DNA of 64,000 bases from the NCBI GenBank assembly GCA_013265495.1, contig MU058213.1:6221149-6285148 (forward strand), read 5' to 3'. The stretch comes from Vicugna vicugna. Lineage: Eukaryota. The position numbers and the translations under genes were made by a program. The notes under the pieces were generated by a model. It did not search any database and had not been told where the DNA came from. It saw nothing but the letters and a program-made list of their open reading frames with translations. This document shows positions 13,010 to 26,329 of the stretch, piece by piece. Positions within the stretch are counted from its first letter, which is position 1; each line of letters starts with the position of its first letter.

Positions 13010-13150
13010 GTTCGTTCACTCATTCATTCATTCATTCCAATAGTTGCATGACTATCAAGGAACCAAATGCTGTTTCAGGCACTGGGGCAACACTTGCAGA
13101 CCAAAGGACAAGACTCCGGCTGTCATCAAGCTTGCTTTCTCACGGATGGG
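13010..13150 (-). mobile_element. L2 3' end
   Basis: (TTCA)n tail followed by TGCTGTTTCAGGCACTGGGG...CAAAGGACAAGACTCC, typical of an antisense L2 end. Confidence 0.65.
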
Positions 13151-14496
13151 GCAGAAAACAGACTGAACAGAGAGACAGGAAAAACAGAGGTGGCCAAGGG
13201 AAGGCCGGGAGGGCAGGCTGGGCACTTGGCACTGGAGACAGGAAACAGGCAGCCAAGAAGGACTCCTCATCCGAGGGTGCAGCCCAGGTCACACAGAAAA
13301 ACTGTCTTCCTTCCAGAGGGAAGGGGCCCAAACTACTTCAGTCAGATCCCTGTCCAGTAAGAGAAGTAACACCACCTGTCATTTGAATATTGGTTCCAGC
13401 AGCTCACTACCTAGCTGCTCACCATCCCCTGAGTGTCCTAAAGCAACTCAGCCAGGCAGGCAGGGAGCAGGAATCATCAGCTCCATTTTACAGCTTGGAC
13501 AGGCTGCCAAGATTTCCCTGATACTTTCGAGGACCCCAAAGGAGTGGTGGAGATGCGGGGAGGACTGAAAAGCAAATTTCCGGTTGGGCTCACCCGTGTG
13601 GGGGAATGTCCCTCTGTTTATCCGTCTAGCATGATAATGGCTGTGTCATTTATTGCTGGGTTGTTATTAAGCCGGGCTGTGAGTCGCTCTGTGTGCTGGA
13701 TCTCGCCTACTTAGAAAGAAAGAGGGGGCAGGAGGAGGGAACCAGAAGCAGAGGCTGAGCCAAGCTGCTTTTAACTGAGAGACATAGAAAAACAAACAGC
13801 TCTTTAAAAACACAATTTCTAAGCATACTTAAAGGTAGCAATTCCAGCCTAAAAGCCTCTTCGCTTAGTAATGCACCACCCTTAAGAAAGGGCAAAATGA
13901 TCAAGGCATGGGAAGGCAGGAGACGTCAGGCTGTGGATGAAGGCCTGCTCCGTGCCAGCTTCTAAGTAAGACGAGGAATTACAGTAATTCAGCCCACAGC
14001 GATTTCCCATTTTAACTGATGTTTCCTGTTTTCTATGCTGGGCATCGTAAGAATATGCAGAACCAGGCCCGGGGTTCACAGGCCGTCCCTTCACTGGGGG
14101 ACATTCTTTTCTGTCCACTCATCGCCTTGTGTGCAACATGACAACCCCGAAACAGATCTGTTTTCCTACTGACCTCGATTTGCAGCCACTATTACTGCTG
14201 CTGAGAGAATTCTTGGCTCTCTGAGGCCACGATGGGAAGGACCTCGCCTAGCGGTCCCCCGGCCGGGTGCCCCTGAAACAGAGTAGAACCTGCCGCTGGG
14301 TGTCTCTGCAGGAATCATCCACATCCGCCTGAGGTCCATGTGATTTAGGATTAAGGACGAGGGACAGAAAGCGGCCGGAAGTCTCTTTCCAGCCCTATCG
14401 GCTGATGGCTGATCCATTTCAGGGTACATGAGACAACGGGGTATATTGTTCAGTTTGTTTGTTTTTGATGGTAGGATAGCAAAAGTATGGTTTTAA

Positions 14497-15400
14497 AAAC
14501 CTTTTATTTTGAAACAATTTCACCATTTCGGAAAAATTTTTAAAAAAAGAATTCTTATTACCAATTTGTAACATTTTGCCACATTTCCCTCCCCTCTGTT
14601 TCTGTCTCACTCTCTATATACAGGTTTTTGGGGGTTTTGTGAGGGTTTTTTGTTTTTAGTTTTCTTTTGGAGGGGAGGTAATTAGGTTTATTTATTTTTA
14701 GTGGAGGTACTGGGGATTGAACCCAGGACCTCCTGCTGCTAAGCGTCCGCTCTAACACTTTGAGCTATACCTTCCCCCTATAGTTTTTTTTTTTAATCTA
14801 AACCATTTAAAAATAGGTTGTATACAACATGCTTTTTTTACTCCTTAATACTTTGGTGTGTATTCCCTATGTAGGGAATTTTCTTATATAACCAGAGTAA
14901 ACAACTTCAGGAAATGTAACGTTAATTACTTTTTATCTAGGTCCATATTCCAATTTCATCAATTATCTCAATAATGTCCTTTGACAAGATTTTTTTTTTC
15001 CTGGTGCAGAATCACATATTGCATTTAATTTTCCTATTTGTTAAGTTTCATTTAATTTGTAACAGCCTTTCAGCTTGCCTTTGTCTTTTATGATGTTGAC
15101 ATTTTAAAGAATTCGGGCCAGTTTTCTCATAGAATTTGCCACAGTTTGGGTTTCTGTGATGTTTCCTCATAATTAAATTCAGCTTTGTATGCTGGGCTAG
15201 AATTCGAGTCCAGCAAATTTTTTTGTCTGGAGGTGTATCATGTTTGTGGGTAACATTCGTTTTTATCACTTCATTAAGTACTGTCCCATTTCTCCACTGC
15301 AGAATTTCTTTTTTTTTTTTTTCTCCTGTTGTAATAGCTAAGCAATTTGTGGGGAGGTACTTTGAGACTATGTAAATGTCCTGTTCCTCATCAGACTGTG
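14497..15400 (-). mobile_element. L1MC4/L1MC5-like 3' region interrupted by a Vic-1 SINE
   Basis: TTTTATTTTGAAACAATTTC...CCATATTCCAATTTCATCAATTATCTCAATAATGTCCTTT...ATCACATATTGCATTTAATT...TTTGTGGGGAGGTACTTTGAGACTATGTAAATGTCCTGTTCCTCATCA. Confidence 0.8.
14623..14778 (-). mobile_element. Vic-1-type SINE, long-tail form
   Basis: GGGGAGGTAATTAGGTTTATTTATTTTTAGTGGAGGTACTGGGGATTGAACCCAGGACCTC...TGAGCTATACCTTCCCC. Confidence 0.9.
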
Positions 15401-16075
15401 ACAACCAACTCTGACAGAATTAAAATGTCAAGCCCACTCATTTGGCGTTCAGGGAAAAGGCTCTCTCAGAAGCTGGGGGTTTCAGGCAAGGACTATGGAG
15501 CATCTTTGTGGGCTTCTGAGAGACAGGGTACCTGGCTTCCACCCATCTGCTGGGTTCCAGAGAGGCTGAGGTGGCTGGAGTGCATTCCTAGAAGCCGAAC
15601 TGAAAACCAGAAGCACGAGTCAAGGTGATTCTTAAGGCCCAGACAGCACCATGGAAAGAGGCATCCAAGGCAGTCAGGTCTGTCCACATGCAAAGCTGTG
15701 ATGTGTGGGACGGTCATTATCTGGTTCCCTCCATCAGCGTGCCCGAGCCTCATCCCCACCCCATCTGCCCCTCCTCTCTTGTGTAGCTGCAGTGCTGCTG
15801 AATGAGTATCTACTTGGCAGGTGGACATGGGGTAAGTTCTTTTGAACCAGAGAGCTTAAAGCTAGGTGGGGACAAGTGGGGTCAGGGGCAAAGTCCAACC
15901 AGGCGGGTCAGAGGTTGCCAACAATCGTTCTGGGGCCACAAAGAAGGAAGACCTTCTTTATGCAGACCTTCGATTCCAGCCACTCTGTCATCACTTGACA
16001 AGGCCAACATTTTCCTTTTGCTAAAAATTACTGTGTGGAAATGTTACCTCAGACAACTTTATTATGCCAGAGCCA

Positions 16076-16089
16076 CCAGTAGATGGCTA
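16076..16089 (+). promoter_or_regulatory. Candidate CTCF site
   Basis: CCAGTAGATGGCTA matches the CCASYAGRKGGC core; motif match only. Confidence 0.3.
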
Positions 16090-17529
16090 CTTCCACAGCC
16101 GAGTGGCTGGGATAGAACCTTGGAAAGAAGCCCAAACTGTCTTTATACCAAATTATCACAGAAAGGAAGGCCAGGGAGCTTATTCGGAGACCAAAGATTC
16201 TCCCTGCCTTGTCAATATTTTACAAGCCTGGAGCCCATTCCCAGAAAGTACATACAGGCTGGTGATTTTAATAGCTACTGCTGAAATGGCACCAGAAAAA
16301 TCAAGTTTTACACTTTGCAGGTAAAAAGTTTACATTTAAGATTTTTCTTCTCCTAACTATAAAGTTTCGGGAGTGTACTACAAAATTCCCAAAGATTCAG
16401 AATCATAAATGATCACAGCAATTTCGGGGATGGCATTCTTTTAATAACATCCACACTCTTGTCGTCCTTTTGCTCAAACCACATCGTATGTTCTTCACTG
16501 ATTCAGTCAATCGTTTGCTGATTCGATCGTTTTTAACCCTGTCAAAAAAGCCTGTTAGGTACTGTACCAGGCCTTGGGAATATAATGGTTGTTTTGTTGT
16601 TGTTGTTTTTTAAGATAGAAAGGTTTACAAATTAACTACGTAAGTATGCAGCGGTAGTTCCAGTGTGTGGAATGAATTTTGTTGATATAATGGTCAATTC
16701 TTTCATTATATAAAAATACTGAATGAGCTGTTGACTATCAGGGAAAAGAAGGTGAATGCACTTCACACTTAATTGTGAAATATTACTCCAGGCTGCCAGG
16801 CAAACTGAGAAGACAGCCAAATCATTGATGTTTGTGGACAACTGAATCCTAATCCGATGACCCCACGTCAAGAACTCTGTAGTTAATTTCATCTTAGAAA
16901 CACCAGCCCAAGCTCTGTCAGACAATGATCAACTCCAATCATCATTTATTCCATGTAAATTAAGTTGATTAGATTTTTCTCTAAAAATTGTTCTTTTTTT
17001 ACTCCAAAGGTTGCTTTTTTGAAAAATCTCAATGCCCAGCTGTAACACAGCAATTTGGTGTGAGGTATGCGATACCACTTCCCACCTGGCATCAGGTTTT
17101 AAATATCCTAAGTGGATCCCTAAATCTTTAATATGTGAGCTCTCTGTCACATATACTTGGTTGCCACTGAGAAGCTGAAAAGGCATTTGAGCAACCGTTT
17201 CCTGCAGCCCAATTAGCTACTTTATAATAAAATTTATCATCAGGTAAAGCACTAACTGTTAAATGTCTGGGTTTTGGGTCCCCTTGAATCTCTCCTAGTT
17301 AATCTAGGGCAGCTCTTCCCAACCAGAAGGTCTGGCAAGACCGGTCCTTGGAGAAAGGCTGAGTGACGGTGGACTGGGTTTTCCTGTTCCAAGGGCTCTG
17401 GCCGCCCTGCCCACGCTGAGGGCCGTCCCCTTTCCTGAGTCTTTACCAGAGAAAGCCACCAAAAGTTTAAACCATTTACCAGGCTCCACCACCACTCTCA
17501 GCCGCCCACCCTTCCCACACACCCTTCTC

Positions 17530-17755
17530 ACACTTAACCACAGGAGGAAGTGAATCTACCCCCGATGCTGTCACAGTTTTTGAAATCTGGAAGTGGGTCA
17601 CATGATGTAAAAGGAAGTTGGACGCTGGCCTGGAGACAGTAAGCTAAGTACACAGGTCTAGAAACCTGTGATCACCTTCTAGCTTTAAACCTTCCAGGGC
17701 TTAATTTAAACAGCAATCCCAAAAATGTCCATCTCGGATTGGAGGTGTGGTTATG
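17530..17755. promoter_or_regulatory. Candidate haematopoietic/myeloid enhancer (motif cluster)
   Basis: AACCACA (RUNX, 17536), GAGGAAGTG (PU.1, 17544), GGAAGT (ETS, 17589), GTCACATGA (MiT/TFE E-box, 17597), AGGAAGT (ETS, 17612), TGTGGTT (RUNX, ~17746), in non-repeat DNA. Confidence 0.4.
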
Positions 17756-20205
17756 AAGATCTGGGGCAGGCTTTCTTGAAGGGCTCACAGACTAGCTCTG
17801 AGAGAATATCCAAATGATAAAATCATAATCATAGCAAGAGTAAGAGAAATAACAAAACTCTTTGAGAGGACTTATTTTATTCCATTTTTTCCCCTTTCCA
17901 TTTTAGCAGTGACAGCCTATAAAGCCTCAGGATTTGGTTAAAATGTCTTCATAATCAAGGACCTATGTTAGTTTATCTACACAACAGCCCAGGAAGCATT
18001 CTCTTTGGAGGAAAATGTGGACTCCAGATTCCTAAGTTCCTCACTTATATTACGACAACTTGGCAGTCACTAGTGTACCTTCTCTTTCCTCGGAAATCCT
18101 ACCCCAATCTGTTGCAATTTTGAAAGCTAGCTTTCTTTGGTGATGCACTCACACCCTTCACAGACTTAAAAGGAGCCTGGAATTGGGTGAAAGCACTTAA
18201 GACCCTCAGCAATGCCTCTGGGGTTAATGCTGGAGGTTACAATTTATAACTGCAAAGATTCTCTCGGATGCTGGGAGGAATAAAGTGAGTAACAACCGCT
18301 GTCAGTACTTGAGCCAACTTTGTCATCACTAAGCCCATCTTCTGCCACGACCTGGCAGAGAGCAAAGAACTGGAGCCTGAAGAAGAGACTCAAATTTCCT
18401 CTCTGCCGCTCAGTGGCTGGGTGGCCTCAGGGACTTACTTCAGCTCCCTTGTTTCCAACCTCTCAGGGTGGTGAGTGAGGGATCAAAGACACGAGATAAA
18501 AGACAGGAAGCCCTTTGTAAATCGGTGCCATGTAAATGAGTTATTTTGATAACATCAAGAGAGAATTGGGGAGACAAGTTAATTTATTTCTCCCAATTTA
18601 CGCCCTCACACTCATTGGGATAACGTCACAAAACTTAGAGTTCCCCATCCTCAAACCTGTTTCCCCCAAAATGCAAATACCTAAAGAAGGGCGAACCTGA
18701 CCACTGCCCGGCAGAGATAAAGCTTTCACTGGAGGTAAGGAGAGAGGACTGGATCCGGCTCACATCCCAGGAACGTCCTGGGCAGGATGAGCATCCGACG
18801 TGGGGAAAGGGGAGCAAGAAAAGGTTAGAAACAGTACACCGTGAAGCTAACAGAAACCATCGTGCCAACGAGGAGATCAGCTCGCTGGGTGAAGTAAGAT
18901 TTAGGACATGTCCATCCGGGCAGTAGTGCCCACCAGGGCACTTCCCTGAATGTCTAGAGAGAATGGTCAACCCAAAATGTAATTTCTATGTAACCAACAG
19001 AGACATTAATCTGTCATCTTGACATGGCAACGTGCCATGAAAGCAGGCTGACAAGGCAAGTGGCGGGGCAGCGTGTGCGGGTGGAGAAGGCCAGTGCTTA
19101 CGTGTCAGCTGGGAGACCACAGCAGCCACTGAAGGCCACTCGGTCTCACTTACCTCGTCCATGAGAAGGGCATCACAGCCACTCTCACAGGGCCATTAGG
19201 AGAACCACACTGACCCCGGGAACCATCTCGATGGCTGCGTTGGCCAAGCCATCTTGACATTAATTCGATATAAACACAAGGGATTCTCTGACTTGACGCT
19301 GAGTGCCATGTGGACAGGGAGCGCTGTCCCATTTTCTCTGAATTCTGAGAGTCCACCCAGCGTAGTGCTTGGCGCTCCTCAGAGCTTTCAACATTATTAA
19401 ATCTGTAATTGAACAATGAGGTGTAAAGTGCACTCACTATGCAGTGAATACGCAAGGACCATACACGTGTACTGGAAAGGTACTGAAGGCAGATAAAAGA
19501 CTCTTGCCAGTTTAAAATATAAAAACAGTGTTGGAAAGTAAGGACTGGTCAGGCTACCTCTGCTTCTGTCCAAGAGGGAAGGACGTCGTGGCCAGGGCAC
19601 CTATGGCGTTAGTCTGCTAGCCAAGGGCACCTCTAGATTGAGAGGGAACAACAGCTCTCTGCTGCGGTCTGATAAGACCACCGCTTAGCATCACTCCACG
19701 CTACCTACCGAATTAACTGATCCCCACACGAAAGAAAATGCGACACCCCAGATGGTGTTTCTAGAAACCATCCAGGTTAACAGGTAATTTCAGACTCCAG
19801 TCAGGTCTAACTCTGGTAGAATCAGCTGCCAATGAGATGAAATCCATTGTCTGAAATAAACAGGCAAGAGGCTACAGTGCCACCCAGGGTCCCCCTTGGA
19901 GAGAGCAGTGTGACCCACAGCTGGGCTACGTCCCCAAGCACTGGCAGCGAGACACAAGCATCTCCTTGAATGTGGCCCTCTACGTAGCTTGTAAGAGCAA
20001 GAAATCCAAGGCAGTGGCACAATTTATCATAGATGCAATGGGCACAAAGTCGGCGCTCAAACGCTGCCTGTTACACAGAACCAGCTACACAGGCCCTCTC
20101 CCCATAAAACACCACCAGGAGCATCATCGTTCCCTTCTTGAATATGTGGCACTCCACAGGTAAGCGTTTGCAATACACTTTCCTATTGGAGTGATGGCTG
20201 AAGTA

Positions 20206-20525
20206 CAGTCAGCCGTCCACATCCTTGGGTTCCACATCCGCAGATTCAACCAATCACAGACTAAAAATATTGGGGGTGGCGGGGGGGGGAATCCCGAAAG
20301 TTCCAAAAACCAAAACTTGAATTTGCCATGTGCAACAATTTACATAGCACTTATACTGTACTCGGTATCATAAGTAATCTAGAGACGATTTAAAGTATAC
20401 GGGAGGATGTGCGCAGGTTATACGCCACTACCACACCATTTTCCATAAAGGGATGAGGGCATCAGCGGGTACTGGTACCCACGGGGCTCCTGGACCAGTC
20501 CCCCAAGGACACCAAGAGACGACTG
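20206..20525 (+). mobile_element. Full-length MER2-family (TcMar-Tigger) MITE
   Basis: TA|CAGTCAGCCGTCC...GAGACGACTG|TA: terminal inverted repeats and TA target duplication; internal CAGATTCAACCAA and TAAGTAATCTAGAGACGATTTAAAGTATACGGGAGGATGTG. Confidence 0.9.
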
Positions 20526-23500
20526 TACTTGTAATGCAGACATCTCTATTCACATTTTCTAAATGAGGGAAGTGACCATCAGGTGCTCGCCCAAGGTCAC
20601 ATTATAAAGCAAAAGGCAGAATGGATTCCCACTCCATTGCTTCAGGTAGCTCTTTTCCTCTCTTCACAAAACTGGGGTGACAGTGACCCCGAGAAATAAC
20701 TGGAGCTGAAATGTACCCTGGTTCTAGAGTTTTCCTTTAGACTTCTGAAGCCCACTGAAAATCTTGGAGAGGTGGTTAAGGAAAAGGGCTCTCTCTTAAT
20801 TACTTAGGTATGACACAAAATAAATCATGTGACTTTTGCCTTTCTTGTTTTCTCTATTCAATGTTGTTATGTTACCTTCTTTTCAGAAAAACTTTTCTTT
20901 CAAGAGGGCTCTGTTGAAACTGCCGTGGTTTGGTTAGAAATGCAATGGACACAAAAAAGAAGAAGAAAAAAAGAATGCTATGGATGCAAAATTACTTACT
21001 GATTTAAATTAAGCTATAAAACGAGCTATTCATCGACCTCCGCTCAATGCAAATCTTAGAAAAACAGAATTTGTCACTGTTTTCCGTCATAACCAAAATT
21101 AAATGCCTTAGATTTCTAAAGCGCTTTGTAATCTAAAAAGGACTCGCACATATATTCCTTCACTTCACAACCCTGGACAGTTGATATCATATCACCATCC
21201 TCAAATTTATAGATCAGGAAACCGAGGCTTTCAGAGGCCCACGGTTGCAGTCAGATCTCCTCTGAATGAACACAGATCTCTAAATGTAGAGGACAGTATC
21301 ACCCCTTCCACTGTGCAACACGTCAGTGCCTGACAGCCGGAGACCGGCAGGAACACACCTGTAGCTGCACGAGCGCGTTCATTACTCATCGCAGTGAGGG
21401 AGAGCGTACACCGTGGGGGACCGTGGGACCTCCTTGGAAAGATGGTGGCAGAACTTATTACAGGATGGACTTTGGTTGGGTGGTGTTCAGGGAGGTCTAA
21501 GGAAACAAGGGTTTGCTCTAGACTGGGCACTGTCAGAAAGCAGGGCAATTCTGTGAGTATCTCATTAAGTGTTATCTATTGAGAGCTGACCCTCACAGCA
21601 CAGAAAGGGCCATAAAACGGTAAAGAAGCAGTGGCCACTCCTACTGGCCGGGTGAGGGGATGTTTGGTGGGTATCATGGGTTGTCCAGGAACCTCGTTTT
21701 TGTCTGTGCTTACATGAAATTAAGCCGTGGCCTTGCTTGGTCTCCCTTGGCCATGGTGGCAGAGGCACCTTGTCTGAGGCTGGTCCTGTGTGATCTCACT
21801 CCTGTCCAACAGGAGAACATGGCTGAGCCATGAGCGCCAGCCCAGCTCCAATGACACGGAGGCCTAGCTGCGTCAGACCAGAGGAGGTCAGGGCTCGCTT
21901 TTCCTTTCTCAAACAACGGCCTCTGAGCAGCCTTTGTATCGAACAGGACATCAAAAAGATCATTCAATAATAAGTGAATTCAAAAGAAATCTTTACTTAG
22001 AGAAACCAAAAATACAAGCAGCAGTAAACTGCCCCAGGACCTCCCTAACAGACTGACTCAACACTGATCGAATCTTCTTGCAGCGACTTGTTTCTCCCTC
22101 CATTCAGACTTCCTTCCCTCTGAACAATCACTGAACAATCAGCTCCCGGGCAGACAGGAGGCTGAGCTGTGGAGCACCTGCGAGTTGTTCCCGCAACATC
22201 TGTGCTTCCTTTCATGGAGTAATAACATCTCCGCCTTTTAGTTGGGCACAGGATTACTCGCAAGAAAAGAATTCACTCCCAGATTCTGGTGCATCTAGGT
22301 GTGGCCAGGTGATGTTAGTGGAAGGGGTGTGTACAAGTCCTAGGACACACCATAAAGGAGGGAGGGGGTGTGGCCCTCCTTACCCCTCCCTTGCTCAAGA
22401 TGGGCAGGTGGTGGGTGGCCAGAGCCCCGGAGGACCAGGGCCACACCTTGGGGTTAGCACAGCACAGCAGAAAACTGCAGGGCTCCACACCAACCCTGCC
22501 CTGTCTACATCCAGAATGTTAAGTGGGAGAGAAATAAAACACTTACACCAGTAACAATCAATAAAACGCTCTCCTAACTGCAGCTGCGTATTCTCAGCTG
22601 GGAATTTTTTTCCCGTATTTAAGTAGCAAAATTAAATTTAATTTTAGTTAAAGAAGTTCTTTAGTGCCAGGTTATAGGGTCTAGGATTTATAACATTGCT
22701 GTATCTATTGTTATGCTCACTAATTGTTTCAGGAGTGCATTTATGGTTTATCCAATTACAAAGTATATTCTTTATTTTTACCTTTTTGTCTCACTCTTTC
22801 CCAATAATCCAGAGCCCCCTGACAGGGGCATAAAAGATACCGAACAAATGTCTGTTTTAATGAGCCTTTAAAGACTCTGTAATGTAATCACATTTCAACC
22901 TCTACTATTTCACCTGTTCGCTTCTCATCCTCATGGGAGAAAATTCACATCTGTGAATGGATAAAAATATATACACCTTAGATACACTGCAAACTGCTAC
23001 GGGATTGCACCCTAGGTTGGCAGAACCTCAAACGTTAGATTTCTGAGTGCCAAGAGTAAACAGATAAAATGCCTTTATTTGTAAAAGGCCTCAAAGGACT
23101 TTTTTTCACCGTTGATTCATCCTATCCCTCACATTTGTAAAACCATTTGCAGGCTGGGGACTAGTGATTTACAAGTAACACACGAGGATCTGGAAGTTCT
23201 GGGAGGGTGAGTGACTTGCCCATGATGCCATTCATCTAAAAAAGCCCTGTGGCTAGCTAGCCCTTGGGGTCATTTTCCTGTTTTCCCTGTTAAGAGCAAC
23301 GTGGCTGTAAGCCTTCTTGTACCTGTATCTTTGCACCTCGGGCCAAAATCTCTGTGGGAGGGACTCTGACATGGAACCTCCGGTCTGGGGACACTGGGAA
23401 AGCACTCCTGTCGGGGAAACGCAGGAGAGCACAGAGGCAGAAGGTCGAGGGGGCAGACCCGCCCGGATCACCGATCCCACTTTTCTGTAGCTGGAAATGC

Positions 23501-24089
23501 AGGCCACTGCTTTCTAACTTCAGAGCGAAACTGAGTCCAAGTGGACCTCATCCAGAGGCGCTTCCGGGATGACCTGGGCAGCGGCCACTCTCCAGCGTCT
23601 CGGGTGGCACTTGAGCCCGGGTTAGCCGACCTGATCTGCCAACAGCTGCTTCGATACCCTGGGCCCCGGGAGGATGAGGTTCTGCAGAGCTGTTTTCTGT
23701 TGGAAGAAGCAGGAGCCCCAGCTGACAGATTCCAGCAGCTGGGACCGGCCGGTGTGGGAAAGAGGCAGAGGGAGCCACAGACTCTGCCTCTGAATTAGGT
23801 CTGCATTAATCCCGATGATAATTCTGACATTTGCTTCTCACCTTCACTCTCACAGTTTGCTTCGAGGACTCCAAAACCCCTAATCCAGCCCTTTGGACAA
23901 GAATGCAGTTTACAATTGATTCCCATGAGTTTAAAACAAATCCTTTACAGGAATTTGTTCCTAGTTTATCTATTTTTTAATTTATGCTTTATTTCCAGAG
24001 AAGTAGAATGGAAAAAAGAGGCTTAGGCCCCAAAAGTCAGAAAACCTGGAAGAAAAAGAGAAGGAAGAGAGAAGCGGAGGGGAAAGGGA

Positions 24090-24300
24090 ATGAATATGTA
24101 TTAGGGACCAGCTCTGAGCCAAGCACTTTACATGCATTAGCTGACTTTTATCCCCCCCATAATCCTGTAAGAATGGTGCTATTGGTCCATTGCCGATGAG
24201 AAAATGGAGCTTTGAGAAGCTAAGCGTCTTGTGCGAGCACTAACCCCCACTCCCAGGGAAAAAACTGAGAAGACACGAATTCAGTTCTTGTGACCTGTCC
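24090..24300 (-). mobile_element. MIR SINE
   Basis: GCCAAGCACTTTACATGCATTA...CATAATCCTGTAAG...CCATTGCCGATGAGAAAATGGAGCTTTGAGAAGCTAAG. Confidence 0.7.
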
Positions 24301-25246
24301 AAGGGACTTCCCACTGTTCCAAGGTGGTGAAAACCGAATGAGATGTAACAGGTGCAAAAGCTAGCTACCGACGGGTGAAGAGAGTATTACGAGGATTATG
24401 CGGGAGCCTGGCAACGTATGTTCACAAGGAACATTTGAGTCTCCCTGGAGGTCAGCCAGCGGCCCGCTCTCAGGCTGGAAGACAGCCTGGAACTGACCTG
24501 ATGAAGGACCTGTAGGGCGGGGTCAGGAGTCCACTTAGCAGGTGAGTGGTTGCCACTGGCTCAGGCTATGCTCCGTTTAGAGGAAACTCTCAGCAGGTTG
24601 TGGGCCAAAAGTTGTGTCTTCCCTCACCCCATTTTTTCTTTAAAAATCTTTATTCCCACAGATTTCCAAGGTTGCTCTCCACTTTCTTCCTTAGCATTGC
24701 CAGTTTATTCCTCTCCTTCCCACCACCATAAAGCATCACCTTAGTCAACTGAGGAGAGACTCAGAAGAGAGGCTTGTCCCTAAGGCTTTATCTTCCCCCC
24801 AAATTAATAAATGCTTGTGTACTATACAGATAGATATTACACACCTATACACACACTCTCTCACATCATTCAGCAGACGCAGAATTACCCTTGAGTCCTT
24901 CCTCCCCCTACAACCAATCCCACTGCTTCTTCCTTTTGACCTGTTTTTCAGTTCTACCCCCTCCTCTCGATTCTCACAGCCGCGGACTTACTTGAGGTCA
25001 CTTTTTTCTCACCTGCAACAGCACCCCGGCTGGTCTTTCGGGTCAGCTCCCCACCTCCTGCTGCTTTGCTCCTGTGGACCCTCCCTTCATAACTACTTAA
25101 ATGAGCCGCTAGTATCACTGGAGGTGAAGGCAGCTTCCTGACCCTCCCCAAGAGCACATCACACAGGGGAGAGGGCCAGCTGGGAAGCGCGGCAAGCCCT
25201 TGCTTCCTTGAGCCCTAAAACAGCAGGGTGTGGCAGAGCAAGTGCC

Positions 25247-25687
25247 TGCGACGGGGTCCACTGCGTCCCCCTCCAGGAAAAGGTATGTTGAAGTCCTAAG
25301 CCCCCAGTGCTTGTGAATGAACGTCATCTAACTTGGAAAATGGGTCTTTGTAGGTGTAATCAAGTTATGATGCGGTCATTAGGCGGGCCTTAATCCAGTG
25401 TGTCCAATATGGTGCCCTTGTAAGAGGAGGAGGAGAGACAGACACGTGGTGGGGAAAGCCGTGTGACGACGGAGGCAGAGATGAGTGATGCATCTGCAAA
25501 CTAAGGACCGTGGTGACACCAGGAGCCAAGAGAAAGGCATGGAACAGGTTCTCCCCTGGAGCCTTCGGAGAGCGTGATCCTACCAACCTTGGATTCTAGC
25601 CTCTAAAAGTGGGAGAGAGTAAGTTTCTGTTGCCTCAAGCCACCCAGCTTTTGATCATTTGTTACAGCAGCCCTAGGAAACTAAACA
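25247..25687 (+). mobile_element. MLT1 (MLT1B/C-like, ERVL-MaLR) solo LTR
   Basis: TG...CA ends; TATGTTGAAGTCCTAA, GGGTCTTTGTAGGTGTAATCAAGTTA, GGAGGCAGAG, TTTCTGTTG..TCAAGCCACCCAG..TTTGTTACAGCAGCCCTAGGAAACTAAACA. Confidence 0.9.
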
Positions 25688-25889
25688 TCACCCAGATACT
25701 AAAACAGCACCTGAGGAAAGGGAGGAAATGCTGGCCATCAGGAAAGAATCCTTCAAATCAAAACCACTCTACTCTCAAGTTTGCCTCTGTCAGTTTCTTA
25801 CCACCTCCATATGAAGCCCGTGACCTCCGTAATTATGATCGCAACAAACAAACTTGATTGACATTCTCTTTTCTAAAAACCCTCTGTTT

Positions 25890-26040
25890 TCTATAGGACA
25901 AAGACCAAGCCCCTAATATACCACGTTAAGACCTTCACAATCTGGTCCCAACCTACTTTCCCGGCACGACTGCCATCATCCCCCCTCCTCTCGGTGCTTC
26001 TCCGTGCATGCTGACACACTCCAGCCATCACGCTGCCCCG
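25890..26040 (+). mobile_element. L2 fragment
   Basis: TATAGGACAAAGACCAAGCCCCT...AAGACCTTCACAATCTGGTCCCAACCTACTTTCC...ACACTCCAGCCA. Confidence 0.6.
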
Positions 26041-26329
26041 GGGTCCAGTGACTGATTCTCATGCACAGCTGTCAACAGGCATGGTGATGGCAACCATTCA
26101 GATGGCTCTGAGAGTGGGCCTGGGTGTCCACCATACTGAGCAAGCGCATAACATCCTTTCCCTAAAGACTGAAGCCTGGGTACTGCTGAATCCGGCAGAA
26201 AGGTCTGTGGCTTTGGGTGCAGAAGTCACTGGGGTTACTGTATCAGATCGCAATTGGTGGGTGTATCAGGCAATGCCCATCGGTGGTAGACGCGGCATTC
26301 TATTTCCTCTCTGAATTCACTTTGAACCT

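Noticed and set aside
15802..16284. 160-aa ORF
   Set aside because: No recognisable homology or domain, and no supporting exon boundaries.
22628..22645. Perfect 18-bp palindrome AAAATTAAATTTAATTTT
   Set aside because: Pure A/T low-complexity sequence, plausibly chance.
23250..23800. GC-rich, exon-looking stretch with several overlapping ORFs and a 10-bp hairpin (23761-23791)
   Set aside because: No frame resembles a protein I know and there is no matching acceptor/donor pair. Overlapping ORFs are expected at this GC content.
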